A DNA stretch of 64,000 nucleotides. Origin: an uncultured Clostridia bacterium. GTDB taxonomy: Bacteria; Bacillota; Clostridia; TANB77; CAG-508. The position numbers and the translations under genes are program-made. Shown here piece by piece: positions 33,244-43,331 of this stretch; the first letter of the stretch is position 1, and every line of letters begins with the position of its first letter. The notes beneath the pieces are model-generated. The model had not been told where the DNA came from, searched no databases, and saw only the letters and a program-made list of their open reading frames with translations. Location: assembly GCA_947627495.1 (NCBI GenBank), contig CANQWH010000001.1, positions 5,332 to 69,331 of the forward strand, read 5' to 3'.

Positions 33244-33900
33244 ATGATAATGTCATTTGCAACAGATATAAGAGATGAACTTTTAGCACTTAAGATGTGG
33301 GATACTAATAGTAGCATGCCACAAGATGAACAAATAGCAAAATTATCTATAAGAGAAGAATTTATAAAATCTGGTTTTATGAGTGATCCGAATAAAGAAT
33401 ATCATTTAGAAGTTTTATTTAAAACAAAGAAAAAAGCAGAGGAATATAATGAACTCTTAAAAAGATTTAATATACAAGCGAAAATAACGAAAAAAGGGAA
33501 TGGTTACATAATATATATTAAAGATGGAGAAGTAATTGCGGAATTTCTTGCCTTCCTTGGTGCGAATAATGCAGTTTTAAGGTTTGAAGAGATACGTGTT
33601 TTAAAAGATGCAAGAAACAATGTAAATAGAATAGTAAATTGCGAAACTGCAAATCTTAATAAAACATTAGAAACAGCAAAATTACAAATAGATAACATAA
33701 AATACTTAAAGGAACATAAAAAATTTGAAACATTACCAGAAAGCTTAAAAGAAGTAGCTTCATTAAGATTAAAAAATCCGGATTTATCTTATGAAGAGAT
33801 TGGAAAAATGTTAAAGGAACCAATGAGCAAATCATGTGTAAGTCATAGATTGAATAAAATAAACAAAATAGTAAAAGAGCTAAAAATAGGCAAAATATAA
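33244..33900 (+). CDS. whiA: WhiA-family transcription regulator. This is a short form (218 aa) lacking most of the first LAGLIDADG-like domain.
   Basis: MSFATDIRDELLAL matches the WhiA N-terminus. The protein then aligns directly to domain 2 and the HTH (RIVNCETANLNKT, LPESLKEVASLRL, SKSCVSHRLNKI). Confidence 0.75.
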   Translation: MIMSFATDIRDELLALKMWDTNSSMPQDEQIAKLSIREEFIKSGFMSDPNKEYHLEVLFKTKKKAEEYNELLKRFNIQAKITKKGNGYIIYIKDGEVIAEFLAFLGANNAVLRFEEIRVLKDARNNVNRIVNCETANLNKTLETAKLQIDNIKYLKEHKKFETLPESLKEVASLRLKNPDLSYEEIGKMLKEPMSKSCVSHRLNKINKIVKELKIGKI

Positions 33901-33982
33901 ATTAATAAAGTACAGTAGGAAGTAATTATAATAAAATTTATGTGTATACTTCCGAACAAAGCAAGAAAGGACAGATTTATAA

Positions 33983-35087
33983 ATGGAAAAAAGAGAAGTA
34001 GGAATATATGTTCATATACCATTTTGCAAACATAAATGCTATTATTGCGATTTTACATCATTTGCTAATAAGGATAATTTTATAGAAGAGTATATTGAAA
34101 GATTAAAAAAAGAAGTAAAAGAATACGAATTAAATAAATATGAGATATCAACAATATATATAGGAGGAGGAACACCATCATATATAGATAGTAAGTATAT
34201 TGTAGATATTTTAAATACCATTCGGAAAGTTAGGGACAGAAAGCACAATAGAAGTAAATCCAGGAACTGCTACAGAGGAAAAACTTCAGGATTATTATAA
34301 TGCTGGTATAAATAGATTAAGTATAGGTTTGCAATCTACATGTGATGTGTTATTAAGCAATATTGGAAGAATACATAATTTTAAGCAATTCCTGGAAACA
34401 TATAATTTAGCTAGAAAGATAGGCTTCAAAAATATAAATGTGGATTTAATGATAGGATTACCAAATCAAACAATCTCAGATGTTGAAGAAAGTATCAAAC
34501 AAATTTTAGATTTGCGTCCTGAACATATTTCAGTTTATTCATTAATTTTAGAAGAAGGTACTAAATTAAAGGACATGGTTGATTCAGAAGAGCTAACATT
34601 GCCATCAGAAGAATTAGAAAGACAAATGTATTGGAAAGTTAAAAATATACTAGAAATATGTGGATATGAACATTATGAAATATCAAATTTTGCAAAAAAA
34701 GGTTATAGATCAAAACATAATACTGCTTGTTGGGATCAAAAAGAATATATAGGTTTAGGACTTGGTTCACATTCATATTTGAACGGAGTAAGATATTCAA
34801 ATTCAGAAGAAATGGAAGAATACTTATATTCTAATAAAAGAACAATACATGAGGAGCAAGATTATGAGACCAAAATGAAGGAATATATGTTATTAGGTCT
34901 TAGAAAAATAGAAGGAGTAAATATACAAGAATTTAAGAACAAATTTATGCAAAATCCCATATATTTATATATGATAGAATTAAATAAACTATTTGAGGAT
35001 AAACTAATTGAAATAGATACAGAATATATAAAATTAACTAAAAAAGGAATAGATTTAGCTAATTTGGTTTGGGAGGAATTTGTATGA
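33983..35087 (+). pseudogene. hemW: Radical SAM heme chaperone HemW (HemN-like) interrupted by a +1 frameshift near 34216-34220, an extra base in attCgga.
   Basis: CxxxCxxC (CKHKCYYC) in ORF 33983-34300. The protein continues in the +1 frame (GKLGTESTIEVNPGT...) and joins ORF 34329-35087. Confidence 0.75.
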
Positions 35088-36229
35088 ATGGCATAAGGTA
35101 TTTTGACCATGCAGCAACTACAAGTGTAAAAGAAGATGTTTTAAAAGCAATGATTCCATATTTTTGCATTGAATATGGTAATCCTTCTTCGATATATAGT
35201 ATAGGTAGACGAAATAAAAAAGCAATAGAGGAAGCAAGAAAAAAAGTTGCAAAAGTTATTAACGCAAAACCGCAGGAAATATATTTTACTGGTTGTGGAA
35301 GTGAAAGCGATAATCTAGCAATTAAAGGTATTGCATATAGTTTAAAAGATAAGGGAAATCACATAATTACAAGCAAGATAGAACATCATGCTGTTCTTAA
35401 TACTTGTAAAACCCTTGAGAAAGAGGGCTTTTATATTACCTATTTAAATGTAGATGAAAATGGTTTAATTGATTTGGAGGAACTACAAAATGTTATTAAT
35501 GAAAAAACAATTCTTATATCTATAATGACTGCAAATAATGAAATAGGCACAATTGAACCAATTAGAGAGATAGGACAAATAGCAAAAAAGAATGATATAT
35601 ATTTCCATACAGATAGTGTTCAAGCTATTGGTAATATGAAGATAGATGTACAAAGTATGAATATTGATAGTTTATCTATGTCCGCACATAAATTTTATGG
35701 ACCAAAAGGTGTAGGAGCATTATATGTACGAGAAGGTGTACCTTTTACTAAGATTCAAGATGGAGGACATCAAGAAAAAGATAAAAGAGCTGGAACAGAA
35801 AATGTTGCAGGAATTGTAGGTTTAGGAAAAGCAATAGAACTTGCTTATAACAATATAGATGAATATAATAAAAAGTTAACAGAACTTAGAGAATATTATA
35901 TATCACAGGTAGAAAAGAAAATACCAGATGTAAAATTAAATGGACATAGAAATAATAGATTACCTGGGAATGTAAATATTTCATTTAAAAATGTTGATGG
36001 AGGAGAATTACTCTTAAAATTAGACGAGAAGGGAATTTGTGCATCAACAGGTTCTGCTTGTAATTCAGGCTCAACTCAGCCATCTCACGTATTAACAGCT
36101 ATAGGATTGAAACCAGAATATTTAGAGAGTTCGCTTAGAATAACATTTGGAGAAGAAAATACAAAAGAAGATATAGATTATCTAGTTGATAATTTAGAAG
36201 AGATCGTAAATAAGTGTAGGCATGTATGA
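35084..36229 (+). CDS. nifS: Cysteine desulfurase (NifS/IscS family)
   Basis: PLP lysine motif SAHKFYGPKGVGALYV and RBS gggagg. Confidence 0.9.
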   Translation: MNGIRYFDHAATTSVKEDVLKAMIPYFCIEYGNPSSIYSIGRRNKKAIEEARKKVAKVINAKPQEIYFTGCGSESDNLAIKGIAYSLKDKGNHIITSKIEHHAVLNTCKTLEKEGFYITYLNVDENGLIDLEELQNVINEKTILISIMTANNEIGTIEPIREIGQIAKKNDIYFHTDSVQAIGNMKIDVQSMNIDSLSMSAHKFYGPKGVGALYVREGVPFTKIQDGGHQEKDKRAGTENVAGIVGLGKAIELAYNNIDEYNKKLTELREYYISQVEKKIPDVKLNGHRNNRLPGNVNISFKNVDGGELLLKLDEKGICASTGSACNSGSTQPSHVLTAIGLKPEYLESSLRITFGEENTKEDIDYLVDNLEEIVNKCRHV

Positions 36230-36252
36230 AAATTTTAAAATTGAAATAAAAA

Positions 36253-36278
36253 GGGTGTTTTCAAAATAGGAAACACCC
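36253..36278. terminator. Bidirectional terminator gggtgttt-loop-aaacaccc between convergent nifS and the HD-GYP gene
   Basis: An 8-bp stem flanked by A/T runs on both sides. Confidence 0.65.
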
Positions 36279-36288
36279 TCAAAATTAT

Positions 36289-37203
36289 TTAAACCTTCAA
36301 CTTTTTTATATCCTTTAATTCTTGAGTAAGTTTAGCCATACATTCTTGTTTAGAAATATGAGCTTGTTTATATTCTTCTAATACCTGTTCAAAATTTTCC
36401 ATATTTTCTCCATCAGCAAATAGCATTTTTATGACATTATCATAATAATCTTTATCTGTTTCTTTTTTAGCGTTATCCATTTTTATTTTATATTCTCTAA
36501 TTTCTTCTAATCTTTTAATTTCTTCTTTTAAATATTCAATATATAAGTCTAAATTATAAATCTCATATTTTGTATCATCTATAATAACTTTTATTAAAGC
36601 TTTAACAGCTTTTGGGTTTACTTTACCTATTCTAGGATTTATATTTGGGTCAGGATGGGTTTGATCTATAAGTATTTTTAATGTATCGCAAACTCCAATG
36701 TGGGACTTATATTGCCTTTTACTAGTAATAGCATCAAATTCATCAGCAACTCTTATTATTTGACCTTCTAAAGGTAAATTGGGACTTGCGACTTTATTTG
36801 GATAACCAGTTCCATCAAGAGCTTCATGATGATATAGTGGCCCTGCTATATATGGTTTTAATTTTTCATCTTTCATGCATATTTTATAACCAAGAGTGGT
36901 ATGAGTTTTCATAATTTCGTATTCCTCGTCAGTTAATTTACCATTTTTTTGCAAAATTGCAGGAGGAATAAATTGTTTCCCTATATCATGTAAATATGCA
37001 CAAATAGTACAATATACAGTAAAATAATTTTTCATATGCATATATTCACAAATTCTACAAGTAAGGTTAGCAACATTTTCAGAATGTAATCTAGTAAAGA
37101 CATCTAAACTATCTAGCATAGCAAGTTGATATCTCATACTTTCATTTAAATCATAACTTTTTAAACTAGTAGTACTATAAAAATCCATTTTTAATTCTTT
37201 CAT
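36289..37203 (-). CDS. HD-GYP domain phosphohydrolase (probable c-di-GMP phosphodiesterase)
   Basis: HDIGK and HHEALDGTGYP motifs. Confidence 0.8.
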   Translation of the reverse strand: MKELKMDFYSTTSLKSYDLNESMRYQLAMLDSLDVFTRLHSENVANLTCRICEYMHMKNYFTVYCTICAYLHDIGKQFIPPAILQKNGKLTDEEYEIMKTHTTLGYKICMKDEKLKPYIAGPLYHHEALDGTGYPNKVASPNLPLEGQIIRVADEFDAITSKRQYKSHIGVCDTLKILIDQTHPDPNINPRIGKVNPKAVKALIKVIIDDTKYEIYNLDLYIEYLKEEIKRLEEIREYKIKMDNAKKETDKDYYDNVIKMLFADGENMENFEQVLEEYKQAHISKQECMAKLTQELKDIKKLKV

Positions 37204-37338
37204 ATACAACACCTATATTTATTTTATAATGAATTAAAAAATTCGTCAATAATATTTTAAAAAAAGTATATTTAATTTATTTTTACTTTTAAAATATAAA
37301 AAATTATTATATAATATATATTCAGGAGTAGAGTAAAG

Positions 37339-38256
37339 ATGGAAGAATTAAAAGAATGTAAAATTTGCCCACATAATTGCAGAGTTAATAGATTAGAAGG
37401 AAAATTAGGAAGATGTAAATTATCTAATAAGATTAAAATTGCATTAGTATCCTTACATAATTTTGAAGAACCTTGTATAAGTGGAAAAAATGGTTCTGGT
37501 ACAGTATTTTTTTCAAACTGCAATTTGAATTGTGTATTTTGTCAAAACTATGAAATAAGTCAATTAGGAAATGGAAAAGAAGTATCAATTGAAGAACTTG
37601 CTGATATATTTATAAATCAGCAGAATAATAATGCAGAGAATATAAATTTAGTTACACCTACAATGTATATTTATCATATAATAGAAGCAATAAAAATTGC
37701 GAAAAGTAAGGGGTTAAAAATTCCAATCGTATATAATTCAAATGGATATGAAAATGTAGAGGCATTAAAAAAGTTAGAAGGCTATATAGATATTTACTTA
37801 CCAGATTTAAAGTATAGCAATAATGAAATTGCATATAAATATTCTAATATAAGGAATTATTTTGAAAATGCAACTTTAGCAATAAAAGAAATGTATAGGC
37901 AAGTAGGAACACCTGTATTAGATGATAATGGAATAATGAAAAGAGGATTAATGATAAGACATTTAATTTTACCAAATCAATTAGAAAATTCAAAAGGTGT
38001 GTTAAAATGGATAAGCGAAAATTTAGATAATTATATATATGTAAGTGTTATGGCACAATATTTTCCAACATATAAAGCAAAAGAATTTCCAGAAATTAAT
38101 AGAAAATTAACTAAAAAAGAATATGAGACTATTGAACAATATTTATATTCGCTAAATTTAGATAATGGTTATATACAAGAACTTGGAACACATGAAGAAG
38201 AATATGTACCAAATTTTAAAAGTTGGTATGGAAAAGAAGGGAGAGATGTTTTATGA
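37339..38256 (+). CDS. Radical SAM protein of the pyruvate formate-lyase activating enzyme-like (PflX-type) family
   Basis: CNLNCVFC (Cx3Cx2C) motif and a total length of 305 aa. Confidence 0.7.
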   Translation: MEELKECKICPHNCRVNRLEGKLGRCKLSNKIKIALVSLHNFEEPCISGKNGSGTVFFSNCNLNCVFCQNYEISQLGNGKEVSIEELADIFINQQNNNAENINLVTPTMYIYHIIEAIKIAKSKGLKIPIVYNSNGYENVEALKKLEGYIDIYLPDLKYSNNEIAYKYSNIRNYFENATLAIKEMYRQVGTPVLDDNGIMKRGLMIRHLILPNQLENSKGVLKWISENLDNYIYVSVMAQYFPTYKAKEFPEINRKLTKKEYETIEQYLYSLNLDNGYIQELGTHEEEYVPNFKSWYGKEGRDVL

Positions 38257-39003
38257 AAGCAATTGTAACAGGAGCATCTTCTGGAATTGGACGAGATATG
38301 ACAAGATATTTAGTTCGGCTTAGGTTATGAAGTATTTGCAGTTGCTCGAGATAAGAAGAAACTTGAAGATTTGCAAAATGAATTAGGAGATAAAGTAAAA
38401 ATAATTATTGTAGATGTTAGCAATAAAGAAAATTGCATTGAACTTCATAATAATTTGCAAAAAGAGAATATAGATTTATTAATAAATAATGCTGGATTTG
38501 GAATATTTGGTAATTTTACTGAAACAGATTTAGAAAAAGAATTAAACCTTATAAATACAAATATTACGGCAGTACACATATTAACAAAATTATTTTTAAA
38601 AGATATGGTAGCAAGAAATAGTGGCAAAATTTTAAATGTTGCATCAATTGCAGGAAGTTCTCCCGGTCCATTAATGGCAGCATATTATTCTTCAAAAGCT
38701 TATGTATTAAGATTAACAGAGAGTATATATGAGGAGTTAAAAAAGCAAAATTCAAAAGTAACAATTAGTGTATTATGCCCAGGACCTGTTGCAACTAATT
38801 TTAATAATGTAGCAAATGTAAAATTTAGTTTAAAAGCTTTATCTAGCGAATATGTTGCAAAATATGCAATAGATAATACTTTAAAAGGAAAATTAATGAT
38901 AATACCGGGAATAAAAATAAAAATTTTAAGAATATTAAGTAAAATATCTCCAGATAAATTAACAATGAAGGTTGTATACAAAAATCAAACAAGAAAGAAA
39001 TAA
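38253..39003 (+). pseudogene. SDR family oxidoreductase interrupted by a +1 frameshift at about 38316 (gttCggctt).
   Basis: MKAIVTGASSGIGRDMTRYLV is followed by a stop after 25 codons. Removing one base (C38316 or G) restores ...GLGYEVFAVARDKKKLEDLQNELGDKV, which joins ORF 38371-39003 (YYSSK catalytic motif). Confidence 0.7.
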
Positions 39004-39202
39004 TGTAATAATACAAAATATAGGTTTAAATGATTTAATTTATGTTATCTATTATTAATTAAAATATCAAGATTTACAAATAAAATTGGTATTTATGGTT
39101 TTTATTGAAAAAAATATTGATTGTTTGTGGAGTTTTGTGATATATTTTAATTAGTAAAATTTTTCAAACTGGTTTGTGTCTTAGAAAGGAATGAGTTAAA
39201 TT

Positions 39203-39955
39203 ATGAGTATAATAAATTCTTATGATAATAGTGAAGAAATAGTAAAAGCAGAAATATTTACAAAGGAGCAACAAAAACTTTCTGAGAACGCGATAGTATG
39301 TTTTAAAAAAGAACTAATAGATGAAATAGAAAACATGGAAGAATTTGAAGAATATAGCAATATTGAAGTTTGTGGAGAAAAAGTAAAAATATATAAAACT
39401 AAAGTTTATGGAAAAGATGTTATTATATATAGAACTATGCTTGGTGGTCCAGCAACAGCAATGATGATGGAAGAAATTCATGCAAGGGGAGTTCAAAATT
39501 TCATATTTTTTGGTTCTTGTGGTGAACTTACTTCAGATTTAAAAAAGGGTGCATTTATTATACCAACAGCAGCCTATAGAGATGAAGGGACAAGTTATCA
39601 TTATATGCCAGCTTCAGACTTTGTAGAAGTAAAAACAGCTACAAAATTAGAAGAAATTTTTAAGAAAAATAAAATAAGTTATGAATTAACAAAAACATGG
39701 ACAACAGATGGTTTATATAAAGAAACTAAAGATAAGATGAAAAAAAGAGTACAAAGTGGTTGTAAAGTTGTAGAGATGGAGTGTGCATCAATTATGGCTG
39801 TTGCTCAAGCAAGAAACATAAATGCATATCAATTTTTATACTCAGATGATACACTTGCTGAAGCAAATTGGGATATAAGAACATTAAATGATAATAGAAG
39901 TCCACTATTAAAAGAATGTCTAAAAATCGCATTTGAAATTATTAAAGAAATATAA
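39203..39955 (+). CDS. Nucleoside phosphorylase family (PNP_UDP_1 fold) protein
   Basis: A C-terminal VVEMECASIMAVAQ motif typical of the PNP/MTAN family. Confidence 0.55.
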   Translation: MSIINSYDNSEEIVKAEIFTKEQQKLSENAIVCFKKELIDEIENMEEFEEYSNIEVCGEKVKIYKTKVYGKDVIIYRTMLGGPATAMMMEEIHARGVQNFIFFGSCGELTSDLKKGAFIIPTAAYRDEGTSYHYMPASDFVEVKTATKLEEIFKKNKISYELTKTWTTDGLYKETKDKMKKRVQSGCKVVEMECASIMAVAQARNINAYQFLYSDDTLAEANWDIRTLNDNRSPLLKECLKIAFEIIKEI

Positions 39956-39974
39956 AAAAGGGAAAGAAAGATAT

Positions 39975-40976
39975 ATGGAAGAATTAAAAAAAATATTTAA
40001 AGAAATAGGTTATACAGAAGAAGAAATGAATGAAATAATAAATGAATATGGAATAAGAGACTTAAAACCAGAAACTTTATTAGAAAATGTAAAAAGAAAT
40101 TATAGTTTCTTTTTATCAATAGGCTATAGCAAAGAAGATGTTATAAAAATGACAAAATCCTTGCCACAAATATATAGCTATAGTATAGACAATATGAAAC
40201 AAAAAATAGAAGATATGGAAAAATTAGGCTATAGCAAAGAAGACGTTATAAAAATGACAAAAATTTTCCCAGCAATATATAGCTTGAGTATAGACAATAT
40301 GAAACAAAAAATAGAAGATATGGAGAAATTAGGCTATAGCAAAGAAGACGTTATAAAAATGACAAAATCCTTGCCACAAATATATGGCTATAGTATAGAC
40401 AATATGAAACAAAAAATAGAAGATATGGAGAAATTAGGCTATAGCAAAGAAAACGTTATAAAAATGACAAAGACATTGCCAGCAATATATAGCTTGAGTA
40501 TAGACAATATGAAACAAAAAATAGAAGATATGGAGAAATTAGGCTATAGCAAAGAAGACGTTATAAAAATGACAAAAACTTTACCAGCAATATATAGCTA
40601 TAGTAAAGAAAATATAAAACAAAAAATAGAATTTTATGATTCAATAGGCTTACACTCATTAGCAATAATAGATGCAAAACAATTAATGCAAAGTACAAGC
40701 TTAAGTTATGCAAGATATATGTATTATAAAGATATAGGAATAGATATAGATGAAACAAATTATAAAAAGTTATTTATTAACAAAAAAATATTTGAAAAAC
40801 AGTATGGCATAACAAAAGAAGAATTATTAGCAAAATATAATTATCAGGAATACATGAGGAAGAAAAATACACAAGATTTAGGACAAGAAGTAGTAGATGT
40901 TTTGGAAAATACAGAGTATTTAGGAGATACAGAAGAAACAATAGGTGCATATGAAAAAGATGAAAAAATCAAATAA
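39975..40976 (+). CDS. mTERF-like helical repeat protein with 5 tandem 35-aa repeats and a conserved C-terminal domain
   Basis: The repeat LGYSKEDVIKMTKxLPxIYxxSIDNMKQKIEDMEK matches the mTERF motif LGFSxxxIxxIIxxxPxILxYSxExxLxPKIEFL. RBS aagggaaag is present. Confidence 0.6.
   Translation: MEELKKIFKEIGYTEEEMNEIINEYGIRDLKPETLLENVKRNYSFFLSIGYSKEDVIKMTKSLPQIYSYSIDNMKQKIEDMEKLGYSKEDVIKMTKIFPAIYSLSIDNMKQKIEDMEKLGYSKEDVIKMTKSLPQIYGYSIDNMKQKIEDMEKLGYSKENVIKMTKTLPAIYSLSIDNMKQKIEDMEKLGYSKEDVIKMTKTLPAIYSYSKENIKQKIEFYDSIGLHSLAIIDAKQLMQSTSLSYARYMYYKDIGIDIDETNYKKLFINKKIFEKQYGITKEELLAKYNYQEYMRKKNTQDLGQEVVDVLENTEYLGDTEETIGAYEKDEKIK
40122..40646 (+). repeat. Five direct tandem 105-bp repeats (coding) inside gene 39975-40976
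   Basis: ggctatagcaaagaagacgttataaaaatgacaaa recurs at 40122, 40227, 40332, 40437 and 40542. Variation is limited to 2-3 codons per unit. Confidence 0.9.
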
Positions 40977-40999
40977 AGATAAAAAATGGAGGTAAATGA

Positions 41000-41398
41000 A
41001 TGGAAGAAATATTAAAAGAAATAGGGATAAGCGAAAATACAATAAGTCAAATGGAAGAGTTATGTCCAAATATAAAAGAACTAAGCAAAGAAGAAATAGA
41101 AAAGAAGATAGAGAAACTAAAGGAAATGAAATGTGATGATATACAAGTAAGAAATATAATAAGTAGTAATGCTATATACTTAGATAGAAGCGTTACAGAT
41201 GTGGACAAGCTAATAAACACGATGAAAGACTTAGGCTTTGATAACTTAAATATACTATTAGATGGAAATCCATACATATTAAATTTAGACGACTTTGAAA
41301 TAAAAAATTACATAACAAAAAGAGAAGAAAAAGGAGAATTATTAGAAGACATAGTAGATGATATGAGTGCGAATCCATTCTTATTTGAAGAAATATAA
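41000..41398 (+). CDS. Short divergent mTERF-like protein of 132 aa (one or two degenerate repeats)
   Basis: N-terminus MEEILKEIGISEN parallels the flanking genes, and LGFDNLNILLDGNPYILNLDDFEIKNYI is motif-like. Confidence 0.5.
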   Translation: MEEILKEIGISENTISQMEELCPNIKELSKEEIEKKIEKLKEMKCDDIQVRNIISSNAIYLDRSVTDVDKLINTMKDLGFDNLNILLDGNPYILNLDDFEIKNYITKREEKGELLEDIVDDMSANPFLFEEI

Positions 41399-41419
41399 AA
41401 TAAAAGGAAAGAAAGATAT

Positions 41420-42673
41420 ATGGAAGAATTAAAAAAGATATTTAAAGAAATAGGTTATACAGAAGAAGAAATGAATGAAATAATAAATGAACATGGAATA
41501 AAAGAACTTAAACTAGAAACTTTATTAGAAAATGTAAAAAGAAATTATAGTTTCTTTTTATCAATAGGCTATAGCAAAGAAGACATTATAAAAATGACAA
41601 AGACATTGCCACAAATATATGGCTTAAGTATAGACAATATAAAACAAAAGATAGAAGATATAGAAAAATTAGGCTATAGCAAAGAAGAAGTTATAAAAAT
41701 GACAAAATCCTTGCCACAAATATATGGCTTAAGTATATACACTATAAAACAAAAGATAGAAGATATAGAAAAATTAGGCTATAGCAAAGAAGATGTTATA
41801 AAAATGACAAAAAACTCTCCAACAATATATGGCTTAAGTATAGACAATATAAAACAAAAAATAGAAGATATGGAAAAATTAGGTTATAGCAAAGAAGACG
41901 TTATAAAAATGACAAAGACTTTGCCAAAAATATATAGCTATAGTATAGACAATATAAAACAAAAAATAGAAGATATGGAAAAATTAGGCTATAGAAAAGA
42001 AGACGTTATAAAAATGACAAAGACATTGCCAGCAATGTATAACTATAGTATAGACAATATAAAACAAAAAATAGAGGATATGGAGAAATTAGGTTATAGC
42101 CAAGAAGAAGTTATAAAAATGACAAAGACATTGCCAGCAATATATTGCTTAAGTATAGACAATATGAAGCAAAAAATAGAAGATATGGAAAAATTAGGCT
42201 ATAATAGAGAAGAAGTTATAAAAATGACAAAGACATTGCCACAAATATATAGCTATAGTATAGACAATATAAAACAAAAAATAGAATTTTATGATTCAAT
42301 AGGTTTACACTCATTAGCAATAATAGATGCAAAACAATTAATGCAAAGTACAAACTTAAGTTATGCAAGATATATGTATTATAAAGACATAGGAATAAAT
42401 ATAGACGAAACAAATTATAGAAAATTATTTATAGGACAAAAAAAATTTAAACAACAGTATGGAATAACAAAAGAAGAATTATTAGCAAAATATGATTATC
42501 AGGAATACATGAGGAAGAAAAATACACAAGATTTAGGAAAAGAAGTAGTAGATGTTTTGGAAAATACAGAGTATTTAGGAGATACAGAAGAAACAATATG
42601 TGCACACGAAAAAAATGAAAAATCAGTTAGAGAAGATGAAACACGTCAAAGTTCAGAAAACCAAAGTAAGTAG
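41420..42673 (+). CDS. mTERF-like helical repeat protein with 7-8 tandem 35-aa repeats, a paralogue of 39975-40976
   Basis: The same N- and C-terminal domains, with a longer repeat array. Confidence 0.6.
   Translation: MEELKKIFKEIGYTEEEMNEIINEHGIKELKLETLLENVKRNYSFFLSIGYSKEDIIKMTKTLPQIYGLSIDNIKQKIEDIEKLGYSKEEVIKMTKSLPQIYGLSIYTIKQKIEDIEKLGYSKEDVIKMTKNSPTIYGLSIDNIKQKIEDMEKLGYSKEDVIKMTKTLPKIYSYSIDNIKQKIEDMEKLGYRKEDVIKMTKTLPAMYNYSIDNIKQKIEDMEKLGYSQEEVIKMTKTLPAIYCLSIDNMKQKIEDMEKLGYNREEVIKMTKTLPQIYSYSIDNIKQKIEFYDSIGLHSLAIIDAKQLMQSTNLSYARYMYYKDIGINIDETNYRKLFIGQKKFKQQYGITKEELLAKYDYQEYMRKKNTQDLGKEVVDVLENTEYLGDTEETICAHEKNEKSVREDETRQSSENQSK
41567..42301 (+). repeat. Seven direct tandem 105-bp repeats (coding) inside gene 41420-42673
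   Basis: ggctatagcaaagaag repeats at 105-bp periodicity from 41567. Confidence 0.9.
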
Positions 42674-42705
42674 TGGCACTTATAATTTGAATTGGAGGTA
42701 AAACA

Positions 42706-43149
42706 ATGGTAAATACCGAATATGCTAATGCATATAGTGAAGTTATTGAAATACTAAAATACATTTCAATAGAAGAATATAATAAAATTCCTAAAAGTAA
42801 AATTAGGTCATTTGAAGCCAATGCAAATAAAGAATATAAGTTTAAATATAATCCTAATTTAACATTAGATGAACAGGGTGTATCAAAAAGAGCAAAGGCA
42901 ATTATAGCTATCCTATTTAGGGATTATTGGGCTACACCTATTCAAAGAGAAAAAATTATAGCAAAACAAAATTATGATAGAATGCAAATAGAAAAAGAAA
43001 AACAAGAAAAATATAGTAATGATAATATATTTAAAAACAAAGAATTAAATACAAAAACAATAGAAACAAATAATAATTCAATGATAAAATATAAACAAAG
43101 TTTTTTTAGCAAGATATTAAAAAATATAAAACAAATATTTAGTAAATAA
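42706..43149 (+). CDS. Hypothetical 147-aa protein
   Basis: The ORF has RBS tggaggt, and its C-terminal half is K/N-rich. Confidence 0.45.
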   Translation: MVNTEYANAYSEVIEILKYISIEEYNKIPKSKIRSFEANANKEYKFKYNPNLTLDEQGVSKRAKAIIAILFRDYWATPIQREKIIAKQNYDRMQIEKEKQEKYSNDNIFKNKELNTKTIETNNNSMIKYKQSFFSKILKNIKQIFSK

Positions 43150-43224
43150 TATAGAAAAAATGATGAAAGATATGTAACAAAAATATATTTTTCATCATTT
43201 TTTTGTGCCATTTGGGACTTAAGA

Positions 43225-43248
43225 ATATCAATACATCCATTGATATTA
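43225..43248. promoter_or_regulatory. Perfect 9-bp inverted repeat AATATCAAT-acatcc-ATTGATATT, a candidate operator upstream of the acyl-CoA ligase/birA-like/fab cluster
   Basis: The palindrome lies 84 bp upstream of the start codon at 43332. Confidence 0.35.
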
Positions 43249-43331
43249 CATTAAACTGACCGTTCATTCTAATGACTTTTAAGAAAAATGAGTATAAAAT
43301 ATTATAGAAGAAAGGATAAAGGGGATTGTGA

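Noticed and set aside
40122-42301. CRISPR-like array, suggested by regular direct repeats
   Set aside because: The repeats are 105 bp long, contiguous with no spacers, in-frame and coding for 35-aa protein repeats. There are no cas genes. This is a protein tandem repeat, not CRISPR.
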